Source of the DNA: an uncultured Verrucomicrobiae bacterium
Lineage (GTDB): Bacteria; Verrucomicrobiota; Verrucomicrobiia; Chthoniobacterales; UBA10450
Reading direction: 5' to 3'
Length of the DNA stretch: 64,000 bases
NCBI GenBank assembly: GCA_963756875.1
Contig: CAVWPA010000003.1
Span: 896,001 to 960,000, forward strand
This document shows positions 48,845 to 58,840 of the stretch, piece by piece (position 1 is the first letter of the stretch; every line of letters starts with the position of its first letter). Both the position numbers and the translations under genes were made by a program. Below the pieces are notes generated by a model. That model was not told the origin of the DNA. It was given only the letters and a program-made list of their open reading frames with translations, and ran no database searches.

Positions 48845-50601
48845 AATGGAACAGCCGGACACGATGCGCGCTGGTGTGCCTTGGCTTTGTTCTGATCTTC
48901 AGCGGATTTTCGTTCCGGCTGATCTATCTGCAAATGATCAAGCACGACGAGTACGCAGGGATTGCCACTGAGAAACACGTTTACAAACAAACCATTTTTG
49001 CCGAGCGCGGCGCAATTCTAGACGCAAACAACGAGCTGCTCGCGAACAACGTTCCTGTCGAAACCGTGGTGGCGGACGCCACCCATCTTAATAATGCGGA
49101 CGCCACCATCGATCTGGTCGCCAGCAAGCTGAAGCTGCCGCACGCCGAAGTGGCGGAAAAATTGCGGGGCGATCGTCGCTACATTGTCGTCCAGCGAGCC
49201 GTGCCGGAAACGCTGGCGGAATCGTTACGGCAAGAACTGCGCGCCCAGAATCTGCGCGGCATTTATTTCGAGCACGATGCCATGCGGGTTTATCCGAACG
49301 GCTCGATGCTCTGTCACGTGATCGGGTTTACAGATTTCGAGCACCACGGCATTCAGGGCGTGGAAGCCTCGATGGACGCGTATTTGCACGGGCAGGACGG
49401 TTATCGTTACATCGAACACAATCGCGCCGGGCGGGAGATCGTTCTTTATCGCGGCCAGGAACGCGCACCGCGCGACGGCTACCAGGTCCATCTCACGATC
49501 GATCTGAATTTGCAGAACATCGTTGAAAACGAAATCGACGCTGCGATGCGCGAGTATTCTCCGAAAAAGGCGACGATCATTCTGATGCGGCCCCAGACCG
49601 GCGAGATCCTGGCATTGGCCAATCGCCCCAATTTCGATCTTAATCGTCGCTCGGAAGCAAAACCGGAGCAGATGAAAGACCGCGCCATCGTCGACATGAT
49701 GGAACCCGGCTCAACATTCAAGATCGTGACCGCGGCGGCCGCCCTCAACGAACACAAGGTTAATCTCAATTCCGTGATCTTTTGCCAAAATGGCGTTTGG
49801 CCCTTCGGCGGAAGACTTCTGCATGACGCTGAGCCACACGGCGAATTAAGCGTGAAAGATATTCTCGTGAAATCGAGCAATATCGGCGCGGCCAAGCTGG
49901 CGATTGGCGTCGGCGAGGACAAATTTTACGAATACATCCGCCGGTTTGGATTCGGCGAACGGACCGGGATCGAGCTTCCGGGCGAAATTCGCGGACTGGT
50001 CCATTCGCCGCAATCGTGGAGCAAAATCTCGATCACCCGGATTCCCATGGGACAGGAGATCGGCGTGACTCCATTACAAATGATCATGGCAATGGGGGCC
50101 ATCGCCAACGGCGGCAAATTGATGACGCCTCGCATCGTGAAATCGATTACCAGCAGCGATGGCAAAGCCGTCAGCTCGTTTTCGCCGGTTGTGTTGCGAC
50201 AGGTAATTTCTCCCCAGACGGCAAAAGAAATAGGAGAAGCCTTGCGCGGTGTCGTGAGCGATCGCGGCACCGCGGCGGCTGCAGCCGTTCCGGGTTTCGT
50301 TATCGCTGGCAAGACCGGTACCGCTGAGAAAGTCAGTCCGCACGGCGGCTACGAGAAGGGAAAGTATGTCGTTTCCTTTATCGGTTATCTTCCCGCGGAC
50401 CATCCAGCCTTCGTGGGGTTGGTCGTATTGGACGACGCGAAGACAAAACCGGAAATGAACTACGGCGGACTCGTTGCCGGCCCGATTTTTTCACGCATCG
50501 CCGAGAAAGCCGCCCGCTATCTCGATCTTGAACCGCATGAGGAAATTCGCAAAGCCATACCGGTAGACCGAGTCGCCTTAACCAATGCCCGGCACCATTG
50601 A
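48841..50601 (+). CDS. ftsI: Class B PBP (FtsI)
   Basis: RGAILD, EPGSTFK (SxxK), SSN and KTGT. Confidence 0.95.
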   Translation: MKWNSRTRCALVCLGFVLIFSGFSFRLIYLQMIKHDEYAGIATEKHVYKQTIFAERGAILDANNELLANNVPVETVVADATHLNNADATIDLVASKLKLPHAEVAEKLRGDRRYIVVQRAVPETLAESLRQELRAQNLRGIYFEHDAMRVYPNGSMLCHVIGFTDFEHHGIQGVEASMDAYLHGQDGYRYIEHNRAGREIVLYRGQERAPRDGYQVHLTIDLNLQNIVENEIDAAMREYSPKKATIILMRPQTGEILALANRPNFDLNRRSEAKPEQMKDRAIVDMMEPGSTFKIVTAAAALNEHKVNLNSVIFCQNGVWPFGGRLLHDAEPHGELSVKDILVKSSNIGAAKLAIGVGEDKFYEYIRRFGFGERTGIELPGEIRGLVHSPQSWSKISITRIPMGQEIGVTPLQMIMAMGAIANGGKLMTPRIVKSITSSDGKAVSSFSPVVLRQVISPQTAKEIGEALRGVVSDRGTAAAAAVPGFVIAGKTGTAEKVSPHGGYEKGKYVVSFIGYLPADHPAFVGLVVLDDAKTKPEMNYGGLVAGPIFSRIAEKAARYLDLEPHEEIRKAIPVDRVALTNARHH

Positions 50602-50629
50602 GAATCCTGCCACCGCATGTTGAAACCTC

Positions 50630-52111
50630 ATGCAGCTCAAAACTCTCGCCGCCGCAATTCCCGTTCGCCAGATCATCGGCCCGCTTGATCGCGCAGTGGA
50701 AAGCATCGCGTATGACTCGCGCCGTGTGCAAAGGAACGGCCTGTTCGTCGCGCTGCGTGGAGAAAAATTCGACGGACACGATTTCATCGGTCAGGCAGTC
50801 GAAAAAGGCGCGTCCGTGATCGTTGCCGAGCGCGAAGAGAAGCCTCCGCGCGCCACCTGTGTTGTTGTCGAAAACAGTCGCAACGCACTGGCCGATCTCG
50901 GCGCTGTTTTTTATGGGTTTCCAGCGCGCAAACTGAAGCTCGCCGCTGTGACCGGCACAAACGGAAAGACCACGACCACATTTCTAATCAAGCATATTTG
51001 CGAAAAAGCCGGCATGCGCTGTGGTTTGATCGGGACAGTTCGTTACGAAATCGGGGAGCGCGTCCTGCCGGCGGCGCGCACCACGCCGGAATCGCTCGAC
51101 GTTCAGGAATTGCTGGCCCAAATCGTGAACGCGGGCTGCCGGGCGGCGGCCATGGAGGTTTCGTCGCACGCGCTCGCACAGGACCGCACGCGCGGCATTG
51201 AGTGGAACGTCGCGGTGTTTACGAATCTTACGCAGGACCATCTCGATTTTCACGGCACGATGGAGAATTACTTCGATGCCAAGGTGAAATTGTTCACGGG
51301 ATTGGCGCAACAACAGAAAAAGAAAAAGCCGGTGGCCATCGTGAATATCGACGACCGGCATGGCGAGCAACTGCTCGGGAAAATCGATCGTAAAATTTCT
51401 GTGACGACGTTCGGAATGGGTATGCGCGCGGATTTTCGGGCGTCGAATTATCGCATGGAGCCCGGCGGCACCTCCTATCAGCTCGATGCGCGCGGCAAAA
51501 GTTACCTGGTGCGCGTGCCGCTGATCGGCCGATTCAACGTCGCGAACTCGCTGGCCGCACTCGCCGCGGCCAACGCGCTCGGTATCGGATTACGCGAAGC
51601 GGTCCTGAGTCTCGCCAAATCGCCGCAGGTTCCCGGGCGCCTGGAGCGGGTGCCGGCCCGGCGGCAATTTCAAATGTTTATCGATTACGCGCACACGCCC
51701 GACGCATTGCTGAACGTCCTGAAGACGTTGCGCGAGCTCGATCCTCATCGCCTGATTGTCGTTTTTGGCTGCGGCGGAAACCGCGACCGGGATAAGCGGC
51801 CTCAGATGGGTGCCATTGCGGACCAATATGCGGATTATGCGATTATTACCTCCGATAATCCGCGCAAGGAAGATCCGGCCGCGATCATTAGCGAAGTTGA
51901 AAAAGGGTTTCGCTCGGATCGCTTTGAAAAAAACGTCGATCGTGCGCAGGCGATCGTCCGCGCGATCGAGCTCGCCCAGCCGCGCGACGTCATATTGATT
52001 GCGGGCAAAGGACATGAAAATTACCAGGAGTTTGCGGACCACACGGTGCCGTTCGAAGACATTCAAGTCGCGCGGCACGCGCTCGAAAATCACCCGGTGG
52101 AATTTAAATGA
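50630..52111 (+). CDS. murE: UDP-MurNAc-tripeptide ligase (meso-DAP type)
   Basis: GTNGKTT, MEVSSH, DHLDFH, DYAHTPD and DNPR. Confidence 0.97.
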   Translation: MQLKTLAAAIPVRQIIGPLDRAVESIAYDSRRVQRNGLFVALRGEKFDGHDFIGQAVEKGASVIVAEREEKPPRATCVVVENSRNALADLGAVFYGFPARKLKLAAVTGTNGKTTTTFLIKHICEKAGMRCGLIGTVRYEIGERVLPAARTTPESLDVQELLAQIVNAGCRAAAMEVSSHALAQDRTRGIEWNVAVFTNLTQDHLDFHGTMENYFDAKVKLFTGLAQQQKKKKPVAIVNIDDRHGEQLLGKIDRKISVTTFGMGMRADFRASNYRMEPGGTSYQLDARGKSYLVRVPLIGRFNVANSLAALAAANALGIGLREAVLSLAKSPQVPGRLERVPARRQFQMFIDYAHTPDALLNVLKTLRELDPHRLIVVFGCGGNRDRDKRPQMGAIADQYADYAIITSDNPRKEDPAAIISEVEKGFRSDRFEKNVDRAQAIVRAIELAQPRDVILIAGKGHENYQEFADHTVPFEDIQVARHALENHPVEFK

Positions 52112-52175
52112 ATCTATTGTCGATTGTACAGACCGCATAGTGTGATCGAGCGCTTTGCTGTAGAAATAAATCGGA

Positions 52176-53570
52176 ATGAATCCAACGAAACTGAAACAAA
52201 TCGCCGCACTTGCGGAAGGTAAACTCTCCGCCGGCGATGGAGATATTGTCGTTGGCAAAATCAGCACCGATTCGCGCACGGTGAAGCCTGGCGAGTTCTT
52301 TGTCGCTCTTCACGGCGAAAGCTTCGACGGCCATCAATTCGTAGAAGGCGCGGCCAAGAGCGGCGCGGCCGGCGCGATTGTTGATGCGGACTGGCAAGGC
52401 AATGTTCCGGCGCAGTTCGCGATCATTCGCGCGCGGGACACCTTGCAGGCCTATCAAAATCTGGCTGCCAATTATCGCAGATCGCTCCCACTCAAGGTGC
52501 TTGCCATTACCGGCAGCAACGGCAAGACGAGCACGAAAGATTTTGCCGCATCCGTTCTGGCGCGAAAATTTCGCGTCACAAAAACCGAGGGCAATTTCAA
52601 CAATCACGTCGGTCTCCCGCGGACGATGCTGGAGGCGACTTCGGAAGATCAAATCGCGGTTTGGGAGATCGGCATGAATCATCCGGGCGAAGTTGCCGCG
52701 CTGGCGAAGATCGCCGCACCGGATGTGGCCATCATCACAAACGTCGGCATCGCGCATATCGAATTCATGGGGTCACAGGAGGCGATCGCGGCGGAAAAAG
52801 GCGCCCTTGCCGAAGCGGTGGGGCCGCATGGAACGGTCATTTTGAACGCCGACGACCCTTTCAATAAGGAGATCGCCGGGAGAACGCGCGCCAGAGTGAT
52901 GCTTGCGGGGACCAGCGGCGGGACAGTTCACGCGACGGATATTCAACAGAGCTCCGATGGATCGGAGTTCACAATTTTGGAAGGAGCGCATCGCTGTCGC
53001 GCGCAGCTTCCCGTGCCGGGTTTGCACATGGTGCAGAACGCATTGCTCGCTGTCGCGGCCGGCCGCACATTTGGATTGTCGCTGGAGGAATGCGCCGCTG
53101 GTCTCGCAGCCGCACCGCTTACAAAAGCGCGTCTGCAAATCAAGGAAATCGACGGAGTCCGGTTTCTCGACGATAGCTACAACGCGAATCCCGATTCGAT
53201 GAAGGCGGCGTTGCGCACGCTCAAGGAGCTCGATGTGGACGGAAAACGCATCGCCATCCTCGGGGAGATGCGGGAACTGGGTGCCGAATCGGAACGCAGC
53301 CATCGGGAAGTGGGCCAGACGGCAGCGGAGCTGGAGATCGATCAGTTGATCGCGATCGGCGAAATAGGGGCCGGCATCGCCACTGCCGCAATGAAAGCCG
53401 GTTTGGAAAGGAGCGTCTCCGTGGATTCGACGACTGAAGCCGCGGAACTTCTGGCGGAGATCGCGGAGCCCGGCGATCTGGTTTTAATCAAGGGCAGCCG
53501 CCTCGCAAAGACAGAGCGGGTAATCGACGAGTTTGCCAGGCGACGGAGACCGGAGGGCGTGTCGCCATGA
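52176..53570 (+). CDS. murF: UDP-MurNAc-pentapeptide ligase
   Basis: GSNGKTSTK, NNHVG, EIGM, DSYNANP and KGSR. Confidence 0.97.
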   Translation: MNPTKLKQIAALAEGKLSAGDGDIVVGKISTDSRTVKPGEFFVALHGESFDGHQFVEGAAKSGAAGAIVDADWQGNVPAQFAIIRARDTLQAYQNLAANYRRSLPLKVLAITGSNGKTSTKDFAASVLARKFRVTKTEGNFNNHVGLPRTMLEATSEDQIAVWEIGMNHPGEVAALAKIAAPDVAIITNVGIAHIEFMGSQEAIAAEKGALAEAVGPHGTVILNADDPFNKEIAGRTRARVMLAGTSGGTVHATDIQQSSDGSEFTILEGAHRCRAQLPVPGLHMVQNALLAVAAGRTFGLSLEECAAGLAAAPLTKARLQIKEIDGVRFLDDSYNANPDSMKAALRTLKELDVDGKRIAILGEMRELGAESERSHREVGQTAAELEIDQLIAIGEIGAGIATAAMKAGLERSVSVDSTTEAAELLAEIAEPGDLVLIKGSRLAKTERVIDEFARRRRPEGVSP

Positions 53571-54667
53571 TGTTCCTTCTTCATCGGCTGAGCGATCAAT
53601 TCGGCGGCTTTAACGTGTTCTTCTACGTCACGTTCCGCGCAGTTGCCGCGGCGGTGACTGCATTCATCCTGTCGCTTGTTTTTGGAAACGTGGTAATTCG
53701 CAAGCTGACGGCGCTGAAGCTGGGTCAGCCAATTCGCGCGGCGGCAGAGGTCCACCGGCTGGCGGAGTTGCACGGCGGGAAACAGGGGACGCCCACAATG
53801 GGTGGCGTGCTGATTATTGGGACTGTATTCATCTCAAGCGTGCTTTGGGCGCGACCCGACAATCGCTTCGTCTGGCTCGTTCTTTTCACCATGCTCTATC
53901 TCGGCGCGCTTGGATTTGCGGACGATTACTTGAAGGTGACCAAAAAGAAGTCCGACGGCGTAAGCGGCCGCGTGAAGCTCTTCTTTCAAATCATTCTCGC
54001 GCTCGTCGTGACGGCGGTTTTCCTCACCAGTCCGTTGCTCGACGTGCAAGCCCGGTCGCTCTACGTGCCCTTTTTCAAATCGCCGCTCATCACGAACATG
54101 GGATGGTTTACCCTGATCTTTTTCGCGGTGGTAATCGTCGGTTCCTCGAATGCGGTCAACCTGACCGACGGGCTCGATGGCCTGGCGATCGGCTGCACGA
54201 TCACGGTTACCTTTGCCTATGCGTTGCTTTCGTACGCCGGTGGAAATTTTCGGATCGCCGAATATTTGCAAGTTCCGTTCTATCCGTTTACCGGCGAGCT
54301 TACGGTCGTATGCGCGGCGCTTGTCGGCGCCGGTCTCGGCTTTCTTTGGTTTAACTGTTATCCCGCGAAAGTTTTCATGGGCGACACCGGTTCGCTTGCC
54401 ATCGGTGGCATGATCGGAGTCGTCGCGATCTGTTGTAAGCAGGAGCTGCTTCTGGCCGTGGTAGGCGGGGTTTTCGTCATCGAAGCGGTCTCGGTGATTC
54501 TCCAGGTGATCAGTTTTCAACTGACGGGCCGCCGTATCTTCGCCATGTCGCCCCTGCACCATCATTTCGAGCTGGTTGGATGGAAAGAAAACACGGTGAT
54601 CGTGCGCTTTTGGATTCTCTCGGCCGTCTTTGCGCTGCTCGGTCTGGCCACTTTGAAGCTGAGGTGA
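53567..54667 (+). CDS. mraY: Phospho-MurNAc-pentapeptide transferase
   Basis: GTPTMGG, DD, NAVNLTDGLDGL, FMGDTG and PLHHHFE. Confidence 0.98.
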   Translation: MMFLLHRLSDQFGGFNVFFYVTFRAVAAAVTAFILSLVFGNVVIRKLTALKLGQPIRAAAEVHRLAELHGGKQGTPTMGGVLIIGTVFISSVLWARPDNRFVWLVLFTMLYLGALGFADDYLKVTKKKSDGVSGRVKLFFQIILALVVTAVFLTSPLLDVQARSLYVPFFKSPLITNMGWFTLIFFAVVIVGSSNAVNLTDGLDGLAIGCTITVTFAYALLSYAGGNFRIAEYLQVPFYPFTGELTVVCAALVGAGLGFLWFNCYPAKVFMGDTGSLAIGGMIGVVAICCKQELLLAVVGGVFVIEAVSVILQVISFQLTGRRIFAMSPLHHHFELVGWKENTVIVRFWILSAVFALLGLATLKLR

Positions 54668-54671
54668 ACCA

Positions 54672-55997
54672 TTGCGTTACCAGAATAAAAACGTGGCAGT
54701 GCTCGGAGCGGGTCTAAGCGGCGCGGCGGCGGCGCTTCTTCTTAAAGATGAGGGCGCGAATGTGACCGTGCTCGACAGCGCCCAGGAGAAAGAGTTGCTC
54801 AAGTCCACTGTCGAGAATCTGCGGGGGAAAGGTGTGCGCGTTGTATGCGGCGCGGCGGCAGATCGGGATTCGAGCAAATACGATTTTGTAGTCTCAAGTC
54901 CCGGAATCGATCCGGCGGCGCCGCTGGCGGCTAATTTTTCGTCGCGCAACATCGAGATCATCGGTGAGCTGGAGCTCGGCTGGCGCTCCTGCGAAATACC
55001 CGTTATCGCGGTGACCGGAACAAACGGCAAGACCACCACGACCGAATTGCTGGCACAAATGCTGAATGAAGCCGGTCAAAAAACCATCGCATGCGGGAAT
55101 ATCGGCAAGCCTCTGTCAGAAGTTGCGCACGAGAAAAAGAGCCTCGATGTGCTCACAGTCGAGGTCAGTTCGTTTCAATTGGAAACGATCAAAACGTTCC
55201 GACCGTCGATTTCTGTCTGGTTGAATTTTGCGCCCGATCATCTCGATCGTTATCGTTCGGTCGCTGAATATCGCGCAGCCAAGCTGCGCATTTTCGAAAA
55301 CCAGACTGCCGACGACGTCGCAGTCGTTAACGCCAATGAAAGCCTGCCGGAGATCCGGCCGCGTCAGATCACTTTCAGCGCTTATACCAATCGCGCCGAT
55401 TTCCGTTTGGCCGAGGGCGCAATCGTTTATGACAACAAGCCGGTCCTGCGTTTGGCCGAAGCGAAATTGCGCGGGTCGCATAACATCGAAAATATGATGG
55501 CCGTCCTGGCGGCCGGCATGGCGCGCGGCCTGGCGTTTGAGAAAATGGTCTCGCCGCTTTGCGCGTATGAGCCGCGGCCGCATCGGTGCGAATTTGTCAG
55601 GGAGGTCAACGGAGTCGATTACGTTAACGATTCCAAGGCCACAAACCTTGATGCGGTCGAAAAGGCGCTCCTGGCGCAAAGCAAGCCAGTCATTCTGATT
55701 GCCGGTGGCAAGGACAAGGGTTTCAGTTTCGAGCCGTTGCGGGCGCTGGTGAAAGAAAAGGTGAGATCGTCGGTTTTAATCGGCCAGATGGCCCGGAGGA
55801 TCGCGCACGATTGGGAGGGCGCGGTCAAGACCGAGCTGGCAGCGTCACTGGCCGATGCAGTCGAGCGGGCGCACGCCACTGCCAAATCGGGCGAGGTCGT
55901 TCTTTTTTCGCCCGGCACATCTTCATTCGACATGTTCAAAAGCTACGCAGATCGCGGCGATCAGTTTCGCGCTCTGGTGCAATCGCTCCCCAAATGA
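54672..55997 (+). CDS. murD: UDP-MurNAc-L-Ala-D-Glu ligase
   Basis: GTNGKTTT, EVSSFQLE, DHLDRY, NDSKATN and GGKDKG. Confidence 0.97.
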   Translation: MRYQNKNVAVLGAGLSGAAAALLLKDEGANVTVLDSAQEKELLKSTVENLRGKGVRVVCGAAADRDSSKYDFVVSSPGIDPAAPLAANFSSRNIEIIGELELGWRSCEIPVIAVTGTNGKTTTTELLAQMLNEAGQKTIACGNIGKPLSEVAHEKKSLDVLTVEVSSFQLETIKTFRPSISVWLNFAPDHLDRYRSVAEYRAAKLRIFENQTADDVAVVNANESLPEIRPRQITFSAYTNRADFRLAEGAIVYDNKPVLRLAEAKLRGSHNIENMMAVLAAGMARGLAFEKMVSPLCAYEPRPHRCEFVREVNGVDYVNDSKATNLDAVEKALLAQSKPVILIAGGKDKGFSFEPLRALVKEKVRSSVLIGQMARRIAHDWEGAVKTELAASLADAVERAHATAKSGEVVLFSPGTSSFDMFKSYADRGDQFRALVQSLPK

Positions 55998-56578
55998 AAA
56001 GAAAACTGAGAACCCCCAGGTTGTTTGGATTCAAACGCAACAAGCTCCGCGCCAGCACCGCCCAGCGACGTCTGCGCATTGGCGCCGCGGCCGATTACGA
56101 CGAAATCGCCGAACCGAATATGAAACTGTCGCGCGCTTTATTAATCGTGCTGTTGCTGCACGTGGTCGCCGTCGCCGGAATCGTCGCGTTCAATGCCATC
56201 AAGACACGTCAAAAAGCGTTCGCCACGGTGCCCGATCTTCTCGCCAGCACTTCAAATCCCGCGGTAGTGGCGACAAAACCCGCCGGCACGACTCCGGTTG
56301 CTGCAAGTCCGCAAAAAGCAAATGCGCAGACTGGCGCCAAAGACGAACGCAAAACCAATCGCGCGAAACATAACGAAGGAGTCAAAGGCCCGACGGATTC
56401 GGGCAAGGTCTACGTTGTGGTGAAAGGCGACAATCCGGTAACGATCGCGAAAAGATTCAGGGTCGCCTACGAGGACTTGATCGCGCTCAATCACATTGAG
56501 GATCCGCGCAAATTACAGATTGGCCAGAAGCTTTTGATTCCGACCCGGCCTCCAAAGTCGAAAAAGGGCGATGAATAA
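55994..56578 (+). CDS. Membrane-anchored LysM protein
   Basis: One TM; C-terminal YVVVKGD...IAKRF...N.I.DP..LQIGQKL.IP. Confidence 0.9.
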   Translation: MKRKLRTPRLFGFKRNKLRASTAQRRLRIGAAADYDEIAEPNMKLSRALLIVLLLHVVAVAGIVAFNAIKTRQKAFATVPDLLASTSNPAVVATKPAGTTPVAASPQKANAQTGAKDERKTNRAKHNEGVKGPTDSGKVYVVVKGDNPVTIAKRFRVAYEDLIALNHIEDPRKLQIGQKLLIPTRPPKSKKGDE

Positions 56579-56580
56579 CG

Positions 56581-57717
56581 ATGCATCGTAAAAGCGCGTA
56601 TTTCCTGTTTCTCGCCGTGCTCGGCGTGCTCGTCATCGGCATCGTAATGCTTTTTAGCACGAGCGCATTTGCCCGCGACACGCATGGCGACGCGTATTTT
56701 TTTCTCAAACGCCAGGCGCTCTGGCTCGGGGTGGGGCTTGCTCTTTGCATCATCACGGCGCTTATCGATTATCATTTTTGGCAGCGCACCTGGTGGCTGT
56801 GGTTCGCTGTCGCGCTGGCCACGCTGGTGTTCTGCTTCATTCCGCATGTTGGGATGCGCATCAATGGTTCGCGGCGCTGGGTCGGTGTGGGACCGTTTGC
56901 TTTCCAGCCTTCCGAGATCGCGAAAGTTGCGGTGGTCTTTTTCCTGGCATGGTGGTTTACGCGTTACGAAAAGGCGCGTAACCATCCGCTCTTTGGATTT
57001 GCCATTCCTCTCGCCATTGTCAGCGTCCTGCTGTTGCTGATCCTCTTCGAGGTGGATCTCGGGACAACGGCGCTCATTGGAGCGACGATGTTTGTGGTGA
57101 TGTTCGTTGCCGGCGCAAACCCGATTTTTCTGGGCTTACTGGCCGTCGCGGGCAGCGGCGCGATTTTTTTCGCGGCGGCCCACGAGCGCATGGGACGCTT
57201 AATCGCGTTCACCGATCTCGAGCGCTACCAGCAGGACGCGGGTTTGCAGCAGATGCAGGCGCTGATTGCGTGGGGCAGTGGCGGCATGGAAGGCCTCGGA
57301 CTGGGGCATGGCCGTGAAAAGATGCTCTACCTGCCTTATGCGCACACGGATTTTATTTTTCCGATGATCGGCGAAGAGCTCGGGCTGCGGGTCAGTTTGT
57401 TGGTCATCTTTTTCTTTCTGGCGATCATCGTTTGCGGAATCCTGATTGCGCTGCATTCAAAAGATCGCTTCGGTCTGCTTGCCGGATGCGGCATCGTTTC
57501 GCTGATCGGTTTGCAGGCCGCCGTCAATATCGGGGTGACCACATCCTTGTTGCCGAACAAGGGATTGCCGCTTCCTTTTGTCAGCTACGGCGGTTCCAAT
57601 CTCATCGCCTGTCTGTTCGGCATCGGTTTGTTGCTGAATATCTACCGTCAGGGTGTGTTTGAGACGGTGAACAAGAAAGGGACCGCGCTGCAATTGCGCG
57701 TGACGCCCCGGATTTAA
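56581..57717 (+). CDS. ftsW: SEDS polymerase FtsW
   Basis: NGSRRW, FQPSE, HTDFIF, EELG and LPFVSYGGS. Confidence 0.96.
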   Translation: MHRKSAYFLFLAVLGVLVIGIVMLFSTSAFARDTHGDAYFFLKRQALWLGVGLALCIITALIDYHFWQRTWWLWFAVALATLVFCFIPHVGMRINGSRRWVGVGPFAFQPSEIAKVAVVFFLAWWFTRYEKARNHPLFGFAIPLAIVSVLLLLILFEVDLGTTALIGATMFVVMFVAGANPIFLGLLAVAGSGAIFFAAAHERMGRLIAFTDLERYQQDAGLQQMQALIAWGSGGMEGLGLGHGREKMLYLPYAHTDFIFPMIGEELGLRVSLLVIFFFLAIIVCGILIALHSKDRFGLLAGCGIVSLIGLQAAVNIGVTTSLLPNKGLPLPFVSYGGSNLIACLFGIGLLLNIYRQGVFETVNKKGTALQLRVTPRI

Positions 57718-57742
57718 TTACGGATTCGAACCAACAACACTC

Positions 57743-58840
57743 ATGAACGCCATCATCGCATGTGGAGGGACCGGAGGACATCTTTTCCCGGGCATTGCCG
57801 TGGCCGAAACACTGCGCGCCCGCGGTCATCAGGTGATGTTGTTTGTTTCGGAAAAGGAGATCGACAGCCTGGCGCTTTCGACCCGCTCGGAATTCCAGTT
57901 TGAAAAGTTACCGACAATCGGCTTTCCCTCGTTGTCCTCGCCTGCCATTCTCGGATTCATCCGCCGTTTCATCGAAAGCCTTTCCATTTGCCGGTCCATT
58001 TACAAAAGATTTAATCCGCATGCAGTCCTCGGGATGGGGGGCTTTACTTCCACCGCGCCGATCATGGCCGGACGCATGCGCGGCATCTCCACTTTTATCC
58101 ACGAATCGAATGCCGTCCCGGGCAAGGCGAACCGGTTCACCGCGCGGATGGTGCGCGCCGTCCTGCTGGGTTTCAAGGAATGCGCGCAGTTCTTTCCCAA
58201 ATCACGCACCGAATTTACGGGCACACCCATTCGCAGCGAACTCAAACGGCTCGATCGGAAAATCGCGCGGGAGAAGCTTGGCTTAAGCGGCGACCTCGCC
58301 ACCTTGCTGGTGATGGGTGGGAGCCAGGGCGCCAGCGGGATCAACCGGGCCATGATTAAATCGTTGCCGTTATTGCACGATCTGCCGTTGCAAGTGATCC
58401 ATCTTTCCGGGGAGCGTGACGAAAGCCTTGTGGCGGACAATTACCGGCGCGAAAAAATTCCTGCCCATGTGGCTGCTTTTCATCATCGTATGGAAGAAGC
58501 TTACAGCGCTGCTGATCTTGCCGTCGCACGCTCCGGAGCCGCCAGCCTGGCCGAACTAGCGGCCTTTGCGCTGCCTGCCATCCTGATTCCGTTTCCCTAT
58601 GCGGCGGACGATCATCAAACGCGCAATGCCGAAATCTTTACCCGCGCCGAGGCGGCGATTCTTTTAAAAGAATCCGAGCTGTCGGCCGATTTGCTCGCGC
58701 ATAAAATCAAGGAACTCATTACTGATTCGGGAAAGCTTAAGCGGATGTCGGAAGCCGGCGGGCGCCTCGCTCCGAACGATGCGGCTGGCCGTGTCGTCGC
58801 AACCATGGAGGAATATACGAATCATGACGTCCATGCCTGA
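57743..58840 (+). CDS. murG: Lipid II GlcNAc transferase
   Basis: GGTGGH, HESN, GGSQGA, RSGAS and HQ..NA. Confidence 0.97.
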   Translation: MNAIIACGGTGGHLFPGIAVAETLRARGHQVMLFVSEKEIDSLALSTRSEFQFEKLPTIGFPSLSSPAILGFIRRFIESLSICRSIYKRFNPHAVLGMGGFTSTAPIMAGRMRGISTFIHESNAVPGKANRFTARMVRAVLLGFKECAQFFPKSRTEFTGTPIRSELKRLDRKIAREKLGLSGDLATLLVMGGSQGASGINRAMIKSLPLLHDLPLQVIHLSGERDESLVADNYRREKIPAHVAAFHHRMEEAYSAADLAVARSGAASLAELAAFALPAILIPFPYAADDHQTRNAEIFTRAEAAILLKESELSADLLAHKIKELITDSGKLKRMSEAGGRLAPNDAAGRVVATMEEYTNHDVHA